Source of the DNA: a virus
Taxonomy: Duplodnaviria > Caudoviricetes
IMG/VR virus record: IMGVR_UViG_3300029705_000021
Reading direction: 5' to 3' (one strand)
DNA length: 64,000 nt
Position 1 is the first letter of the stretch, and every line of letters starts with the position of its first letter. Positions 21,272 through 31,129 of the stretch are shown here, piece by piece. The position numbers were made by a program, and so were the translations under genes. The notes beneath the pieces were generated by a model. The model was not told the origin of the DNA and did no database searches. It saw only the letters and a program-made list of their open reading frames with translations.

Positions 21272-22714
21272 ATGAAAATAGATACTACAAAAGATGTGTG
21301 GGTTGATGTAAGTGGATTGCCACACAAAAAAAACGTTGGAGTTCTTTGGGCAAAATCAATTGGTATGCAAGTACCTTTTAAGTATTATGAAACAAATGGA
21401 GTATTTGATATTATAGATTATAACAAAGATACTCATTTGCTTACGGTAATACTAAAAGATAAAGAACCTTTAGTAATTTTAACTGATGGATTTCTTGGAT
21501 GTAAATTTATCAAATATATAGGCTATCACAAAACGAATTGGAAATATAACATAGGAGATAGGTTATGCAATAATAAAAGAGATATTACTATTACTAATAG
21601 AAAAGAAAATTATGATAATGGAAAGCATTATAAGTTTTATCAATATAAATGTAATAAATGCGGATTTAATTGTGGTGAGCATTATCGTGACCAAGTATAT
21701 CAGGAGGATTTATGGGTTTTAGAAAATAAATTAAATCAAAGTATGGGTTGTACTTGTTGTCATAATAAGGTTGTAGTATCAGGTATAAACGATATTCCAA
21801 CCACTGCTCCATGGATGATTAATTATTTTCAAGGCAGTTATGATGAAGCAAAAATGTATACAAAAACATCTAATAGAAGAATATATCCAATCTGTCCTGA
21901 TTGCGGAAATGTTTCTAAAAAAAACAACAGTATAAATGATTTATATAATAAAAAACTTTCGTGTATATGTAGCGATCAACATAGTTATCCAAATAAATTT
22001 GCATATGGATTATTTATGCAACTGCCAGTAACAAATTGGTGTAGAGAATATTCTCCAGAATGGGCAAAACCATATAGATATGATGTTTATTTTGAATTAA
22101 AAGGAAAAATGTATATTGTTGAGATGGATGGATTATTAGGACACGGAGAATATATGTATAAATCAGGGAAGAAAGATGTTGAGGGATTAAAGCGAGATGA
22201 AATTAAAAATAAATTAGCAATAGATAATAATATACATATTATAAGAATTGATTGTAAAAAATCTAATATGGATTATATCAAAAATAATATATTAAAATCA
22301 GATTTATATAGTTTATTTGATTTATCTAATATTAATTGGACAGAGTGTGATAAATTTGCAACAAATAATTTAATAAAAGAATTATGTGAATATTGGAAAA
22401 ATAATGATTATCCGATATATGACGAAGTTGCTTTAGTATATCATTTACCCAAAATAACTGTAAGAAAATATTTAAAAAAGGGCGGTGAATTCGGTTGGTG
22501 TGATTATGAAACTCATAAACGAGATAAAAACAAAAAAATAATTAATGTTTATAATGAAAAAGATGAATATATTGGAAGATTTTTAGGAATAGTAGATTTT
22601 TGTAATAACTCCATGGAGATATGCGGAGTACATTTTGATGCATGCAATATTACATTAGCAATAAAAAACAATAGAAGATATAATGGTTATAGATTTGAAG
22701 AGGGGGTAGAATAA
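21272..22714 (+). CDS. Homing-endonuclease-like protein (Zn ribbons plus PD-(D/E)XK/Vsr-like nuclease)
   Basis: CxxC motifs and YRYDVYF...IVEMDGLLGH...RDEIKNKLA; inserted between tail genes. Confidence 0.7.
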   Translation: MKIDTTKDVWVDVSGLPHKKNVGVLWAKSIGMQVPFKYYETNGVFDIIDYNKDTHLLTVILKDKEPLVILTDGFLGCKFIKYIGYHKTNWKYNIGDRLCNNKRDITITNRKENYDNGKHYKFYQYKCNKCGFNCGEHYRDQVYQEDLWVLENKLNQSMGCTCCHNKVVVSGINDIPTTAPWMINYFQGSYDEAKMYTKTSNRRIYPICPDCGNVSKKNNSINDLYNKKLSCICSDQHSYPNKFAYGLFMQLPVTNWCREYSPEWAKPYRYDVYFELKGKMYIVEMDGLLGHGEYMYKSGKKDVEGLKRDEIKNKLAIDNNIHIIRIDCKKSNMDYIKNNILKSDLYSLFDLSNINWTECDKFATNNLIKELCEYWKNNDYPIYDEVALVYHLPKITVRKYLKKGGEFGWCDYETHKRDKNKKIINVYNEKDEYIGRFLGIVDFCNNSMEICGVHFDACNITLAIKNNRRYNGYRFEEGVE

Positions 22715-22753
22715 CCCTCTCTTTTTCAATTAAAATAGAAAGGAAGTGAAAGA

Positions 22754-23512
22754 ATGAGTTTGACTTATCCGACATATGTGCACACGAGCTATCCTGATAA
22801 AATTGATACGTTTCAATACTTCAGTGACCCCACTGCTGATGATGTGACATTGATTAAACAATATCAATCTTATTTTAATGCGGGTAATATATCTTCTGCC
22901 GCAAAAATTTTAGAAAATAATCCTTCACTACAAAATAAGATTGTTAATGCAAATAACTTAAATAAAATTATTGATGCACTTAAGGCGATTGAGACATTAT
23001 ATATGAGCGATATTCAAACATATATTATGGAACTGATTACTTTTAAAGATGAATATAGTGCGAAACAGATTTATTCAAAATACGATGTAGTACAATATAA
23101 TCAACAAGTATATATGTGTGTAGTTTTAAATTGCCCTATGGGAACTTTACCTACAAATACAGATTACTTTATTCCATTAACATTAAAAGGTGAAAAAGGA
23201 GAAAGTGGTACTGGATTAACTCCAAGAGGAGTTTGGAACGAAAATGTACAATATTATAAAGACGATTTAGTTAGTTATAATAATGTATTATGGGCAGCTA
23301 ATGAAAACAACATCGGTTATCTTCCTAGTGATACCTCTTCTAAATGGTACGATGTGTTATCTATGAATATTAACTTTAGTACTCTTAAAATTCAAAATGA
23401 TGAAATTGATAAAATTTTTGATGGGAGTGCGGTTCTTTCTGATGATGATACAGGTGTTATAGAAGAAGATGAAAGTATTACAAATGAAGAAATTGATGAT
23501 GTAATAAATTAA
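22754..23512 (+). CDS. Tail-associated protein with carbohydrate-binding-like repeats and a short collagen-like stretch
   Basis: YSKYDVVQY and YYKDDLVSY repeats, KGEKGESG, and the acidic tail ITNEEIDDV. Confidence 0.55.
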   Translation: MSLTYPTYVHTSYPDKIDTFQYFSDPTADDVTLIKQYQSYFNAGNISSAAKILENNPSLQNKIVNANNLNKIIDALKAIETLYMSDIQTYIMELITFKDEYSAKQIYSKYDVVQYNQQVYMCVVLNCPMGTLPTNTDYFIPLTLKGEKGESGTGLTPRGVWNENVQYYKDDLVSYNNVLWAANENNIGYLPSDTSSKWYDVLSMNINFSTLKIQNDEIDKIFDGSAVLSDDDTGVIEEDESITNEEIDDVIN

Positions 23513-23535
23513 TTAATAAATAGGAGGAATTAAAA

Positions 23536-24348
23536 ATGGGAAAATTTTTAGACATGAATGGATTAACTTACTTTTGGCAACAGATTAAACTTAAATTAAA
23601 TAATAAGGTTGATGTTGTTGAAGGAAAAGGACTATCTACAAATGATTTTACAACTGAAGAGAAAAACAAATTAAAAAACATTGCGGATGGAGCAAATAAT
23701 TATACTCATCCAACAAGTGGGGTTACTGCCAGTAGTTATATGAAAGTTACAGTAGACGATAAAGGTCATGTGACTAGTGGCAGTAACCCTACAACATTGG
23801 CTGGATTTGGTATTACAGACGCAGCCAATAAAACACATACTCATAGTAGCAATGATATTACAAGCTTGGACGCTTCGAAATTAACTGGTACAATTTCTGT
23901 GGATAGATTACCTGCAGGGGCGTTAGAAAGACTTGTTATTGTTGCAAATGACACTGAAAGATTTGCACTTACAACGTCAAATATTCAAAAGGGAGACACT
24001 GTAAAAGTAACTGAAACAGGGAATATGTATTTTGTTGTAGATGATACAAAATTATCATCTGCAGATGGATATGAAGTTTATACAGCTGGTTCTGCAACAT
24101 CTGTTCCATGGTCAGGTGTTACTGGCAAACCAAGTACTTTTACGCCAGCTACGCATACTCATACAAAATCAGAGATTACAGATTTTCCAACTTCATTAAA
24201 AAATCCAAATGCTCTAACAATATCAGTAAATGGTACTAATACTAGTTATGATGGTTCGGCACAACAAACGATTACAATAAATGAATCTTCTTTAGGTATC
24301 ACTTCTATTACAAATGCAGAAATTGATACAATTATTGCAAGTAGTTAG
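23536..24348 (+). CDS. Tail/head fibre-like protein
   Basis: KFLDxNGLTYFW start, KVDVVEGKGLSTNDFT, TTLAGFGITDA and HTHxxxEITDFP fibre repeats. Confidence 0.7.
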   Translation: MGKFLDMNGLTYFWQQIKLKLNNKVDVVEGKGLSTNDFTTEEKNKLKNIADGANNYTHPTSGVTASSYMKVTVDDKGHVTSGSNPTTLAGFGITDAANKTHTHSSNDITSLDASKLTGTISVDRLPAGALERLVIVANDTERFALTTSNIQKGDTVKVTETGNMYFVVDDTKLSSADGYEVYTAGSATSVPWSGVTGKPSTFTPATHTHTKSEITDFPTSLKNPNALTISVNGTNTSYDGSAQQTITINESSLGITSITNAEIDTIIASS

Positions 24349-24356
24349 GAGGAGGT

Positions 24357-26258
24357 GTGCTTATGAAGTTTTTAACACATGATGGTACTTTATATTTTTG
24401 GAAAAAAATAAAATCTTATATTGATACTAAATATAATGAGCTTTTTCAATCTGTCAGTAATGGAAAAACAACAGTAGCAAACGCTATTACTGGCAAAGGA
24501 GTTGCAACAAATGCAACAGATACGTTTGCTACGATGGCTACTAATATTGGCAAAATTCAAACTGGTGTTGATACATCAGATGCAACTGCAACTGCGGCTC
24601 AGATTTTATCTGGTTATACTTCGTATTCTAAAGGAAGTAAAGTAACAGGGTCTATGCCTAATGTTGGTAGTGGCACAAATACAGTTTCGACACTTAATGA
24701 CTCTACAACTAATCGAAGTGGTAATATTACTAATATGTATGTGACACCAGGTGATAATGCAATACATACAGAATTTATTCCACCTAAAGGATATTATGAT
24801 GGAGTAAATTCAAAAATCCATTTAAGATTATGGGGAATATCACCAGATTATGTTGCTTCTGAACAACCAATAGGAAGTCTAATAAATCCTTGGTTAAAAG
24901 GAACATATAATGGTCTCAGCAATGTTCGTGGTTCTGTTAAATCATATTATGCTTATGCAGGACAATCAATACAAGCAGGAGATTTTGTTAAATATGTTAC
25001 TGGAGTTGCTGGCATAGGAACTGGTAACTTCTCTCCTACTGCAGTCAGTGGAGTAACAGATGGTACATATATTGATATGTCTATTGGGTTAAATGAAACA
25101 CAAGTTGCATTCGTTGGTTCTAGTGCTTCTGGAGGTGGAAGAAAAGCTTTTGTTGGCACTTTAAATGGTGCTACTATGACTTATGGTTCTGGTGCAACTT
25201 GTTATTATTCTAATAGTCATAAAGCAATGTGTAAACTAAGCAATTCAAGATTTGCAGTAATTGAAAGTGCGACTGGTTCAGGTGTAAATCATTATTGGAT
25301 AAATATTTTTCAAGTAAGTGGAGGAAATGTTACATTAGAAAAAAGAGGTTCTATAACACATAATAATTATACGGTTGTAAATGTTGTTGACACATTCTAT
25401 TTAGGGAATGATACATTTGCTATAGGATGTAAGAATGCATTTTCAAGTCCAACATATGCGTTTTTAGATATTGTTTCTTTTAGTGGTTCTGCTCCAACAT
25501 TAGTAACTGAAAGCAGACATTCTTATTCTACTACTATGAGTTCAGTATATTTTTCTATTACACCAGATAATAAACATGTATTTGTATTAGGACAACTTAA
25601 TAGTGGATCAACTCTTATTAGATATGATATTTCTACTACAAGTGCAACTTATGTTTCACAAACAACTATTGCTACCACTAATTCCAACTATGATATATGT
25701 TCATTATCTGCAACTGAGCATATTATATTAACACATGCAAGTGGGACATCTACATTAACTTACTTATCTGGCACTACATTAGGAAGTTCAGTAACATTTA
25801 CTGGATATACGCCACGTTATGCTAAAATAGTTCCAATATCAAATAATAAATTTGTTGTTGTGTCTGAAAACTTTGCTAACACCAATCCAACCATATTCTG
25901 TGCTGTTGTATGTACTCTTTCTGGTACAACATTGTCTCTAGGAACAGTACGTCAGTTTAGTTATTCGCTAGGTTCTTCTATTGCATCAATAATAACTGGA
26001 GCTTCTATAATGACTGGAACAAAAATATGTATTACAACTGCAAATAGTAGTAGTGGAAATCCATATTATGTTGTTATTAATGTTCCATCTACAACAATTG
26101 ATACATACAATTATATTTATGAAACACAAATAGCAAAAGCAACTACTAATGATGAAATACAAGGTGTTGCTCATTCTAATGCAACAGGAGGCACATTGTC
26201 AGGTGCAAATGCTGGGCATAATCAAGCAACGAATGTTACATCTGTAACTTCACCTTAA
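24357..26258 (+). CDS. Tail fibre / receptor-binding protein with a beta-propeller-like C-terminal region
   Basis: LFQSVSNGKxxVANAITGKG and DATATAAQILSGYT fibre motifs; Ser/Thr/Gly-rich beta repeats. Confidence 0.65.
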   Translation: MLMKFLTHDGTLYFWKKIKSYIDTKYNELFQSVSNGKTTVANAITGKGVATNATDTFATMATNIGKIQTGVDTSDATATAAQILSGYTSYSKGSKVTGSMPNVGSGTNTVSTLNDSTTNRSGNITNMYVTPGDNAIHTEFIPPKGYYDGVNSKIHLRLWGISPDYVASEQPIGSLINPWLKGTYNGLSNVRGSVKSYYAYAGQSIQAGDFVKYVTGVAGIGTGNFSPTAVSGVTDGTYIDMSIGLNETQVAFVGSSASGGGRKAFVGTLNGATMTYGSGATCYYSNSHKAMCKLSNSRFAVIESATGSGVNHYWINIFQVSGGNVTLEKRGSITHNNYTVVNVVDTFYLGNDTFAIGCKNAFSSPTYAFLDIVSFSGSAPTLVTESRHSYSTTMSSVYFSITPDNKHVFVLGQLNSGSTLIRYDISTTSATYVSQTTIATTNSNYDICSLSATEHIILTHASGTSTLTYLSGTTLGSSVTFTGYTPRYAKIVPISNNKFVVVSENFANTNPTIFCAVVCTLSGTTLSLGTVRQFSYSLGSSIASIITGASIMTGTKICITTANSSSGNPYYVVINVPSTTIDTYNYIYETQIAKATTNDEIQGVAHSNATGGTLSGANAGHNQATNVTSVTSP

Positions 26259-26264
26259 TATTTT

Positions 26265-26303
26265 AAAGGGGTATTACTTTTTATAGTAATACCCCTTTTT
26301 TTT
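26265..26303. terminator. Bidirectional rho-independent terminator ending the late operon
   Basis: aaaggggtattact...agtaatacccc plus a T-run, between convergent genes. Confidence 0.8.
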
Positions 26304-26309
26304 ACGTTT

Positions 26310-26516
26310 TTATTTTTCTTGGATTACATCTGATAGCGAAAGTTTATATGTATTACAGATTGAAATTATTACGGATAAATGAACTGGCTCTCCTTTTGTC
26401 ATTTTGATAATTGTATTTCTACTAATTCCCGATTTATCTGATAATTCACTTTTACTTATATGATTCTTGAACATATAAGCAAATAATTTATCATAACTAA
26501 TTTCCACAGACCTCAC
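26310..26516 (-). CDS. Cro/C1-type HTH regulator (HTH_26-like)
   Basis: ISYDKL...KSELSDKSGISRNTIIKMTKGEPV. Confidence 0.8.
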   Translation of the reverse strand: MRSVEISYDKLFAYMFKNHISKSELSDKSGISRNTIIKMTKGEPVHLSVIISICNTYKLSLSDVIQEK

Positions 26517-26573
26517 TCCTTTCTTATTAATTTATTCTTTTATTATTATATCACAAAAACACAAAAAATACTG

Positions 26574-26602
26574 TTGACTTTTAGAGCAGTACTGTTTATA
26601 AT
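26574..26602 (+). promoter_or_regulatory. SigmaA-type promoter of the tubR-tubZ-rep operon
   Basis: TTGACT-17 nt-TATAAT with extended TG. Confidence 0.7.
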
Positions 26603-26670
26603 ATGAACATAAAGGAACACTTTGTGACACTTTATAATAATTCGTAACTATAAAGAAAAGGAGCGAACTT

Positions 26671-26931
26671 ATGAGAACAGGAAGGAATCATATGGAACTT
26701 TCTAGAATTGATTATTTAATTTTAAGCTCTTTGGATTCTAATGGAGCAACTAATCCTATACTTGGTCTGACTATTAAAGAAATGAATATTACAGAAGTAC
26801 AAAGACCTTGTATCTGGAAACATTTATCAACATTGATTAATAAAAATTTAGTATGTCAAGATGGGAATTATGGTAAACAGAAAATGTATTATATTACTAA
26901 AGATGGTATTAACTTGATTAAGGGGGTTTAA
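26671..26931 (+). CDS. Winged-helix DNA-binding protein, TubR-like
   Basis: wHTH pattern ending YYITKDGI; directly upstream of a tubulin-family gene. Confidence 0.65.
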   Translation: MRTGRNHMELSRIDYLILSSLDSNGATNPILGLTIKEMNITEVQRPCIWKHLSTLINKNLVCQDGNYGKQKMYYITKDGINLIKGV

Positions 26932-26933
26932 GC

Positions 26934-27992
26934 ATGAACAATTTAAAAGATTTTGGTTTGTTAGGTATTGGTGCTTGTGGTGGAAATCAAGTCGCAGCTT
27001 TTAAAAAATATGATATATCTAGTTTTTATGTCAACTCTGCTATGGAAGATTTAAGTAGTTTAGGATTACAAGATATGCATTACTATCATGTTAAGGGAGC
27101 TACTGGTTGTCATAAAGATAGAAATGTATCTAAAACTTATTTAGCACATCATTATGAAGAAATTTTAAAACATATAGAACGTTATTTGACTGGTAAATAT
27201 GTATTTTTATTTGGATCTACTGGTGGTGGAACTTCATCAGGTATGTGCGCATTAATGACTGAGTTGTTAGAAAATGAACTTGGTAAAATTGTAATTCCAA
27301 TTATAACTATTCCTAGTTTGTCTGAATCATTGCAAGCAAAAACGAATTCTTATGAATTACTGAAAGAATTATTTGATTGTGCGCAACATACTATATTTAT
27401 TGTTGACAATAATAAAGAATCTAATTTAATCAAAAGTAATGAGATACTTGCTAATTTAATTTATTCACTCATATCTGATGTGTCTACTTCTATTGATGGT
27501 ATTTATGATTATTCAGAAATATGTGCAATGTTAGAACAAAAAGGATATGGAATTCTTAATTACTTTAGTCGCAAACCTACTCAAATAGATATTACTTCTG
27601 CTATTAAAGTTGCTGTGTCTAATAATATTTTTGCAGATGTAGAACTACATAATACTTTATATTATTGCGGTATTAAATCTTCTACTATGCGTAAAACAGT
27701 TAAAATAGATTATGAAGAACTACAATTAACATTTGGGTATTGGAGAGATGTTTTTCAAGGGTATCAAACAAAATCGGATATGATATTTTTAAGTGGATTA
27801 CAATATCCTAAGACTGTTATAAATCGTTTATATGATTCAATAAAAGAAGATAAAAAGAAAATCGAACTTGATATGCAATTCGGGTATGATTTTACATTTA
27901 AGGATGATTATAATATAATGCCAACACAAAATAAAAAATCAACAAAAGAACCTTCTGCCAGAGAAAAATTAATGAAATTAGTTAAGGAGTGA
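26934..27992 (+). CDS. tubZ: Tubulin/FtsZ-family GTPase, TubZ-like partition protein
   Basis: LGIGACGGNQ N-terminal loop, GATGCHKDR, and the tubulin signature STGGGTSSG. Confidence 0.85.
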   Translation: MNNLKDFGLLGIGACGGNQVAAFKKYDISSFYVNSAMEDLSSLGLQDMHYYHVKGATGCHKDRNVSKTYLAHHYEEILKHIERYLTGKYVFLFGSTGGGTSSGMCALMTELLENELGKIVIPIITIPSLSESLQAKTNSYELLKELFDCAQHTIFIVDNNKESNLIKSNEILANLIYSLISDVSTSIDGIYDYSEICAMLEQKGYGILNYFSRKPTQIDITSAIKVAVSNNIFADVELHNTLYYCGIKSSTMRKTVKIDYEELQLTFGYWRDVFQGYQTKSDMIFLSGLQYPKTVINRLYDSIKEDKKKIELDMQFGYDFTFKDDYNIMPTQNKKSTKEPSAREKLMKLVKE

Positions 27993-28807
27993 TACATATG
28001 CCATCAGGTGCTTTCAGGAAGAAAAAGACATCTTTTGCTCAAGTTAGTAATGTTGCTCTTAGGGATGAAACTTTATCTTTGAAAGCAAAAGGGTTATTGG
28101 CACTTATTGAATCTTATCTAAGTTTAGACAATTTTGTGCTGTATAAACAGTTTTTGATTAACAAGTCTAAAGATGGAGAAACAGCTTTTAGAAGTGCATG
28201 GAAAGAGCTAAAAGATAAAGGATATCTTATACAACATAAACTTAAAGATGGAGAAACAAAGCAATTTTACTACGAATATGAAATATGTAATAATCCACAT
28301 GATGAAAATCCACCTGTGGCTATAAAACCGACAGATCCATATAATGAAATTCCACATGTCGAAATTCCACCTGTGGAGTCCCTAAATAATAGTATTACCA
28401 CTAGTGGTGTCTCCACAAAGAAGAAAACCCACTCATATAATAATACTATAAATAATAATACTATAAGTAATAATACTTTATATATTAATATCATACAAAC
28501 AAACATAGATTACAAAACAGTGTTCCTTGGTTCTTCAGACCAAGAACTTGTAGATAATATTGTGGATATAATGGTTGATGTGTTAATAAATAATTATGAA
28601 ACTATAAAAATTAATAATGGAGATATACAAAGTACATATGTGAAAGCAATGTTGTTAAAAGTAAATATGAACCATATTCTTTATACAGTAAACACAATCA
28701 ACAATTATAAAGAGAAAATAAACAATATGAGGAATTTTATTCTTTCGGTATTATATAATTCTGTACAAACATTGGATTCATATTATCAAAATTTAGTAAG
28801 CATATAA
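27989..28807 (+). CDS. Replication initiator / replisome organiser (N-terminal wHTH, DUF6017-like C-terminus)
   Basis: LRDETLSLKAKGLL...WKELKDKGY and a C-terminal INNMRNFILSVLYNS; contains internal iterons. Confidence 0.7.
   Translation: MIHMPSGAFRKKKTSFAQVSNVALRDETLSLKAKGLLALIESYLSLDNFVLYKQFLINKSKDGETAFRSAWKELKDKGYLIQHKLKDGETKQFYYEYEICNNPHDENPPVAIKPTDPYNEIPHVEIPPVESLNNSITTSGVSTKKKTHSYNNTINNNTISNNTLYINIIQTNIDYKTVFLGSSDQELVDNIVDIMVDVLINNYETIKINNGDIQSTYVKAMLLKVNMNHILYTVNTINNYKEKINNMRNFILSVLYNSVQTLDSYYQNLVSI
28292..28480 (+). repeat. Putative origin: iterons plus AT-rich repeats inside the initiator gene
   Basis: Four TCCAC(A/C)TG units in two near-identical 28-bp blocks, followed by taataatact x3. 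Confidence 0.6.
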
Positions 28808-28894
28808 AACATAAAAATAGGAGCAATAAGATTATTTTCTTATCTACCCCTATTCCTTGTAAGGATTATATTATTATATTTATTATTTAAAATC

Positions 28895-29150
28895 TGACTG
28901 TAATTTGACTGTAATTATTACGGTCAATGACGTTTTTTAACGAAGAAAAGCGACTCCATAGTAGAAGTTTTCCAATCTATGAAATCGCTCAAACCCTTTA
29001 AAATCAATATTCTTCAATGTTTTTTAAGGTTTTTATTTTTTTCCAAATAGTGGAGCTGAGGGGAATCGAAACGTAGTTCCCCTTGCTCAACTACTGATAA
29101 ATCAATGGTTTCATAGACTAAAATTTTCTTTGACTGTAATTTGACTGTAA
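28895..29150. mobile_element. attP site: core resembling the tmRNA (ssrA) 3' end, flanked by integrase arm-type repeats
   Basis: Minus strand 29051-29070 reads TTCGATTCCCCTCAGCTCCA (T-loop plus acceptor 3' strand). TGACTGTAATTTGACTGTAA occurs at 28895-28914 and 29131-29150. Adjacent to the integrase 3' end. Confidence 0.75.
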
Positions 29151-29155
29151 AAAAA

Positions 29156-30346
29156 TCAAGTAATGTCTAATAGCTCAATAGCAGAGGTTTTTTGTTCTTC
29201 TATAATTTTGATATATGCATCATATGTAACTCGTACTGAACTATGACCCATTAAAGAACTTACTACAGAAATATCTACACCTTTTCTTAATAATGTTGAT
29301 CCAAACGTTCTTCTTAAATCATGTAATGAAATATGTTTAATGTTTGCATTATTTGTTATTATATCCAATGTTCTTTGTAAGTTTCGTGCCCGAACCATTG
29401 TTCCTGTAACACTACTAGCTACATATTCGGTTTGTATATTATATTTTTTATTATATTCTTGTATCTCATTTAAATAAAAAAGAGTCTGTTTATTTAATGG
29501 TATATTTCTTGTTCCTCTTTTTGTTTTAGGTTTTGTTACTACATTCTTACGTTTATTCTCTGCATTAAGTTGTCGGTCTTTTACATTACTTTGAACAGCT
29601 TTATCAATTGTAATTATTTTGTCCTGAAAATTTATGTCACTCCATTTCAAAGCAATTAATTCTCCACAACGTAATCCAGTATTAAGTAATAAAATATAAT
29701 ACAACCCAAACTTGTATTTGTAATTTCCAAGTGAGGTTTTAACTAAACACGCATCTTTAAAAACATTTAATTCATCTTCATCAAGTATTACGGTTTCTTT
29801 GGTATCCTTTATACAATATTCTTCTTTAGGAATAACTACATCAATACATGGATTCTCATTAATATCTTTATGAACCATTGCATATTCAAAACAAGGAAAC
29901 ACAAGTTCAACTATTTTCTTAATACTCGAAAGTGACAAAGGTTCAGATCCATCTATTGGACTAGCTTTATTGTCAAGAAGTTGTTGTATATCCTTACTTG
30001 TTATTTTGCCCAGTTGTTTGACACCAATTGTATCCTTAATATGATGTAAATAAGTAGATTCATATCTGTCAAAAGTAGACTCTCTTACTTTTCTAAATTT
30101 CTTAAATAGTAACCAATTGTAACAATATTCGCTAAATAAAATCTTGTTTGGCTGAACATATCCAGTTGCAACTTTATTTCGGTATTCTCTCATTTTTCGT
30201 TTTGATTCTGTTTCAGTTTTTCCATAAAAAGATTTTCTAACATTATCAATACAAATTTGAGTTTCCCATCTTCCATCAGAACGTAGTCTTGTGCTACCTT
30301 CCCATTTATCTTTTTTTATATTGTTCAAATGAATCCATCCTTTCAA
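29156..30346 (-). CDS. int: Tyrosine integrase
   Basis: TGLRCGE, HDLRRTF, LMGHSS and TYDAY catalytic motifs; N-terminal arm-binding domain. Confidence 0.95.
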   Translation of the reverse strand: MKGWIHLNNIKKDKWEGSTRLRSDGRWETQICIDNVRKSFYGKTETESKRKMREYRNKVATGYVQPNKILFSEYCYNWLLFKKFRKVRESTFDRYESTYLHHIKDTIGVKQLGKITSKDIQQLLDNKASPIDGSEPLSLSSIKKIVELVFPCFEYAMVHKDINENPCIDVVIPKEEYCIKDTKETVILDEDELNVFKDACLVKTSLGNYKYKFGLYYILLLNTGLRCGELIALKWSDINFQDKIITIDKAVQSNVKDRQLNAENKRKNVVTKPKTKRGTRNIPLNKQTLFYLNEIQEYNKKYNIQTEYVASSVTGTMVRARNLQRTLDIITNNANIKHISLHDLRRTFGSTLLRKGVDISVVSSLMGHSSVRVTYDAYIKIIEEQKTSAIELLDIT

Positions 30347-30413
30347 ACAATATAACCCTTACAGCTATATTGTAAACCTAAGTTCTATTCTTGTCAATTA
30401 TCTGTGAATGTTG

Positions 30414-30602
30414 TTATTTATATATAATTTCCTGCCCTAAATTTTCTTCAATCCAATTTAATAATGCAGCACGAGTAATAATATAGTCTCTTCCTATCTT
30501 CACAGTTGGTATTTCTTTTGAACGTAATAATTCAAATAATTTTGTTCTTTTAAAAGGTAAAATTTTTAATAAATCATTTTGATTTAATATCTCTTTTTCC
30601 AT
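30414..30602 (-). CDS. xis: Excisionase-like HTH_17 protein
   Basis: LFELLRSKEIPTVKIGRDYII; adjacent to the integrase. Confidence 0.8.
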   Translation of the reverse strand: MEKEILNQNDLLKILPFKRTKLFELLRSKEIPTVKIGRDYIITRAALLNWIEENLGQEIIYK

Positions 30603-30627
30603 AATCTTACATATCCTTTCACATTAA

Positions 30628-30658
30628 TAAAGACCGTCAATTAAGACGGTCTTTTTTT
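30628..30658. terminator. Rho-independent terminator
   Basis: aaagaccgtc-aattaa-gacggtc-ttttttt. Confidence 0.7.
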
Positions 30659-30673
30659 ACGTGTTAAATTTAA

Positions 30674-31129
30674 TTAATTAGTTCCTGTAGAACCAAATCC
30701 ACCTGCTCTTACTTCGTCTGTATTACCATTGTCTGCCACTAAATATGTAAAGAACATACCCTGTGCAACACGTTCTCCTTCATTAATAGTAAGAGCCTCG
30801 TCACTAATATTCTTTAAAAATATTCCAATATTGCCATCGTTTCCATCGTTAGAATAATAATCTGCATCAATAACACCTATTGTATTAGCAAGCATAAACT
30901 TACCACCCATAGAACTTCTTACATCCAATAACAATACTTCGTTGTCCCCCATATAAGCCTTTACATCTGTCCAAATCTTTGCAATCTTATTTGGTTCAAT
31001 TGTGTATGTATCGTTTGAATAAAAATCATATGCTGCAGCTTTAGAAGTACCTCTTGTTGGTAACTTAATTTCTTTATCTATAAACTTTCTTGCATCATCT
31101 CTTACTACTTCAAATCCTCTTGTTCTCAT
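30674..31129 (-). CDS. dut: Trimeric dUTPase
   Basis: AAAYDF, RSSMG, GVIDADY and RAGGFGSTG motifs. Confidence 0.95.
   Translation of the reverse strand: MRTRGFEVVRDDARKFIDKEIKLPTRGTSKAAAYDFYSNDTYTIEPNKIAKIWTDVKAYMGDNEVLLLDVRSSMGGKFMLANTIGVIDADYYSNDGNDGNIGIFLKNISDEALTINEGERVAQGMFFTYLVADNGNTDEVRAGGFGSTGTN

Noticed and set aside
26603-26670. tubC centromere repeats upstream of the TubR-like gene
   Set aside because: Only a twice-repeated ACACTTT was seen, too weak to call.
29051-29070. tRNA gene near the integrase
   Set aside because: Only a 3' fragment is present; it is interpreted as the attP core.
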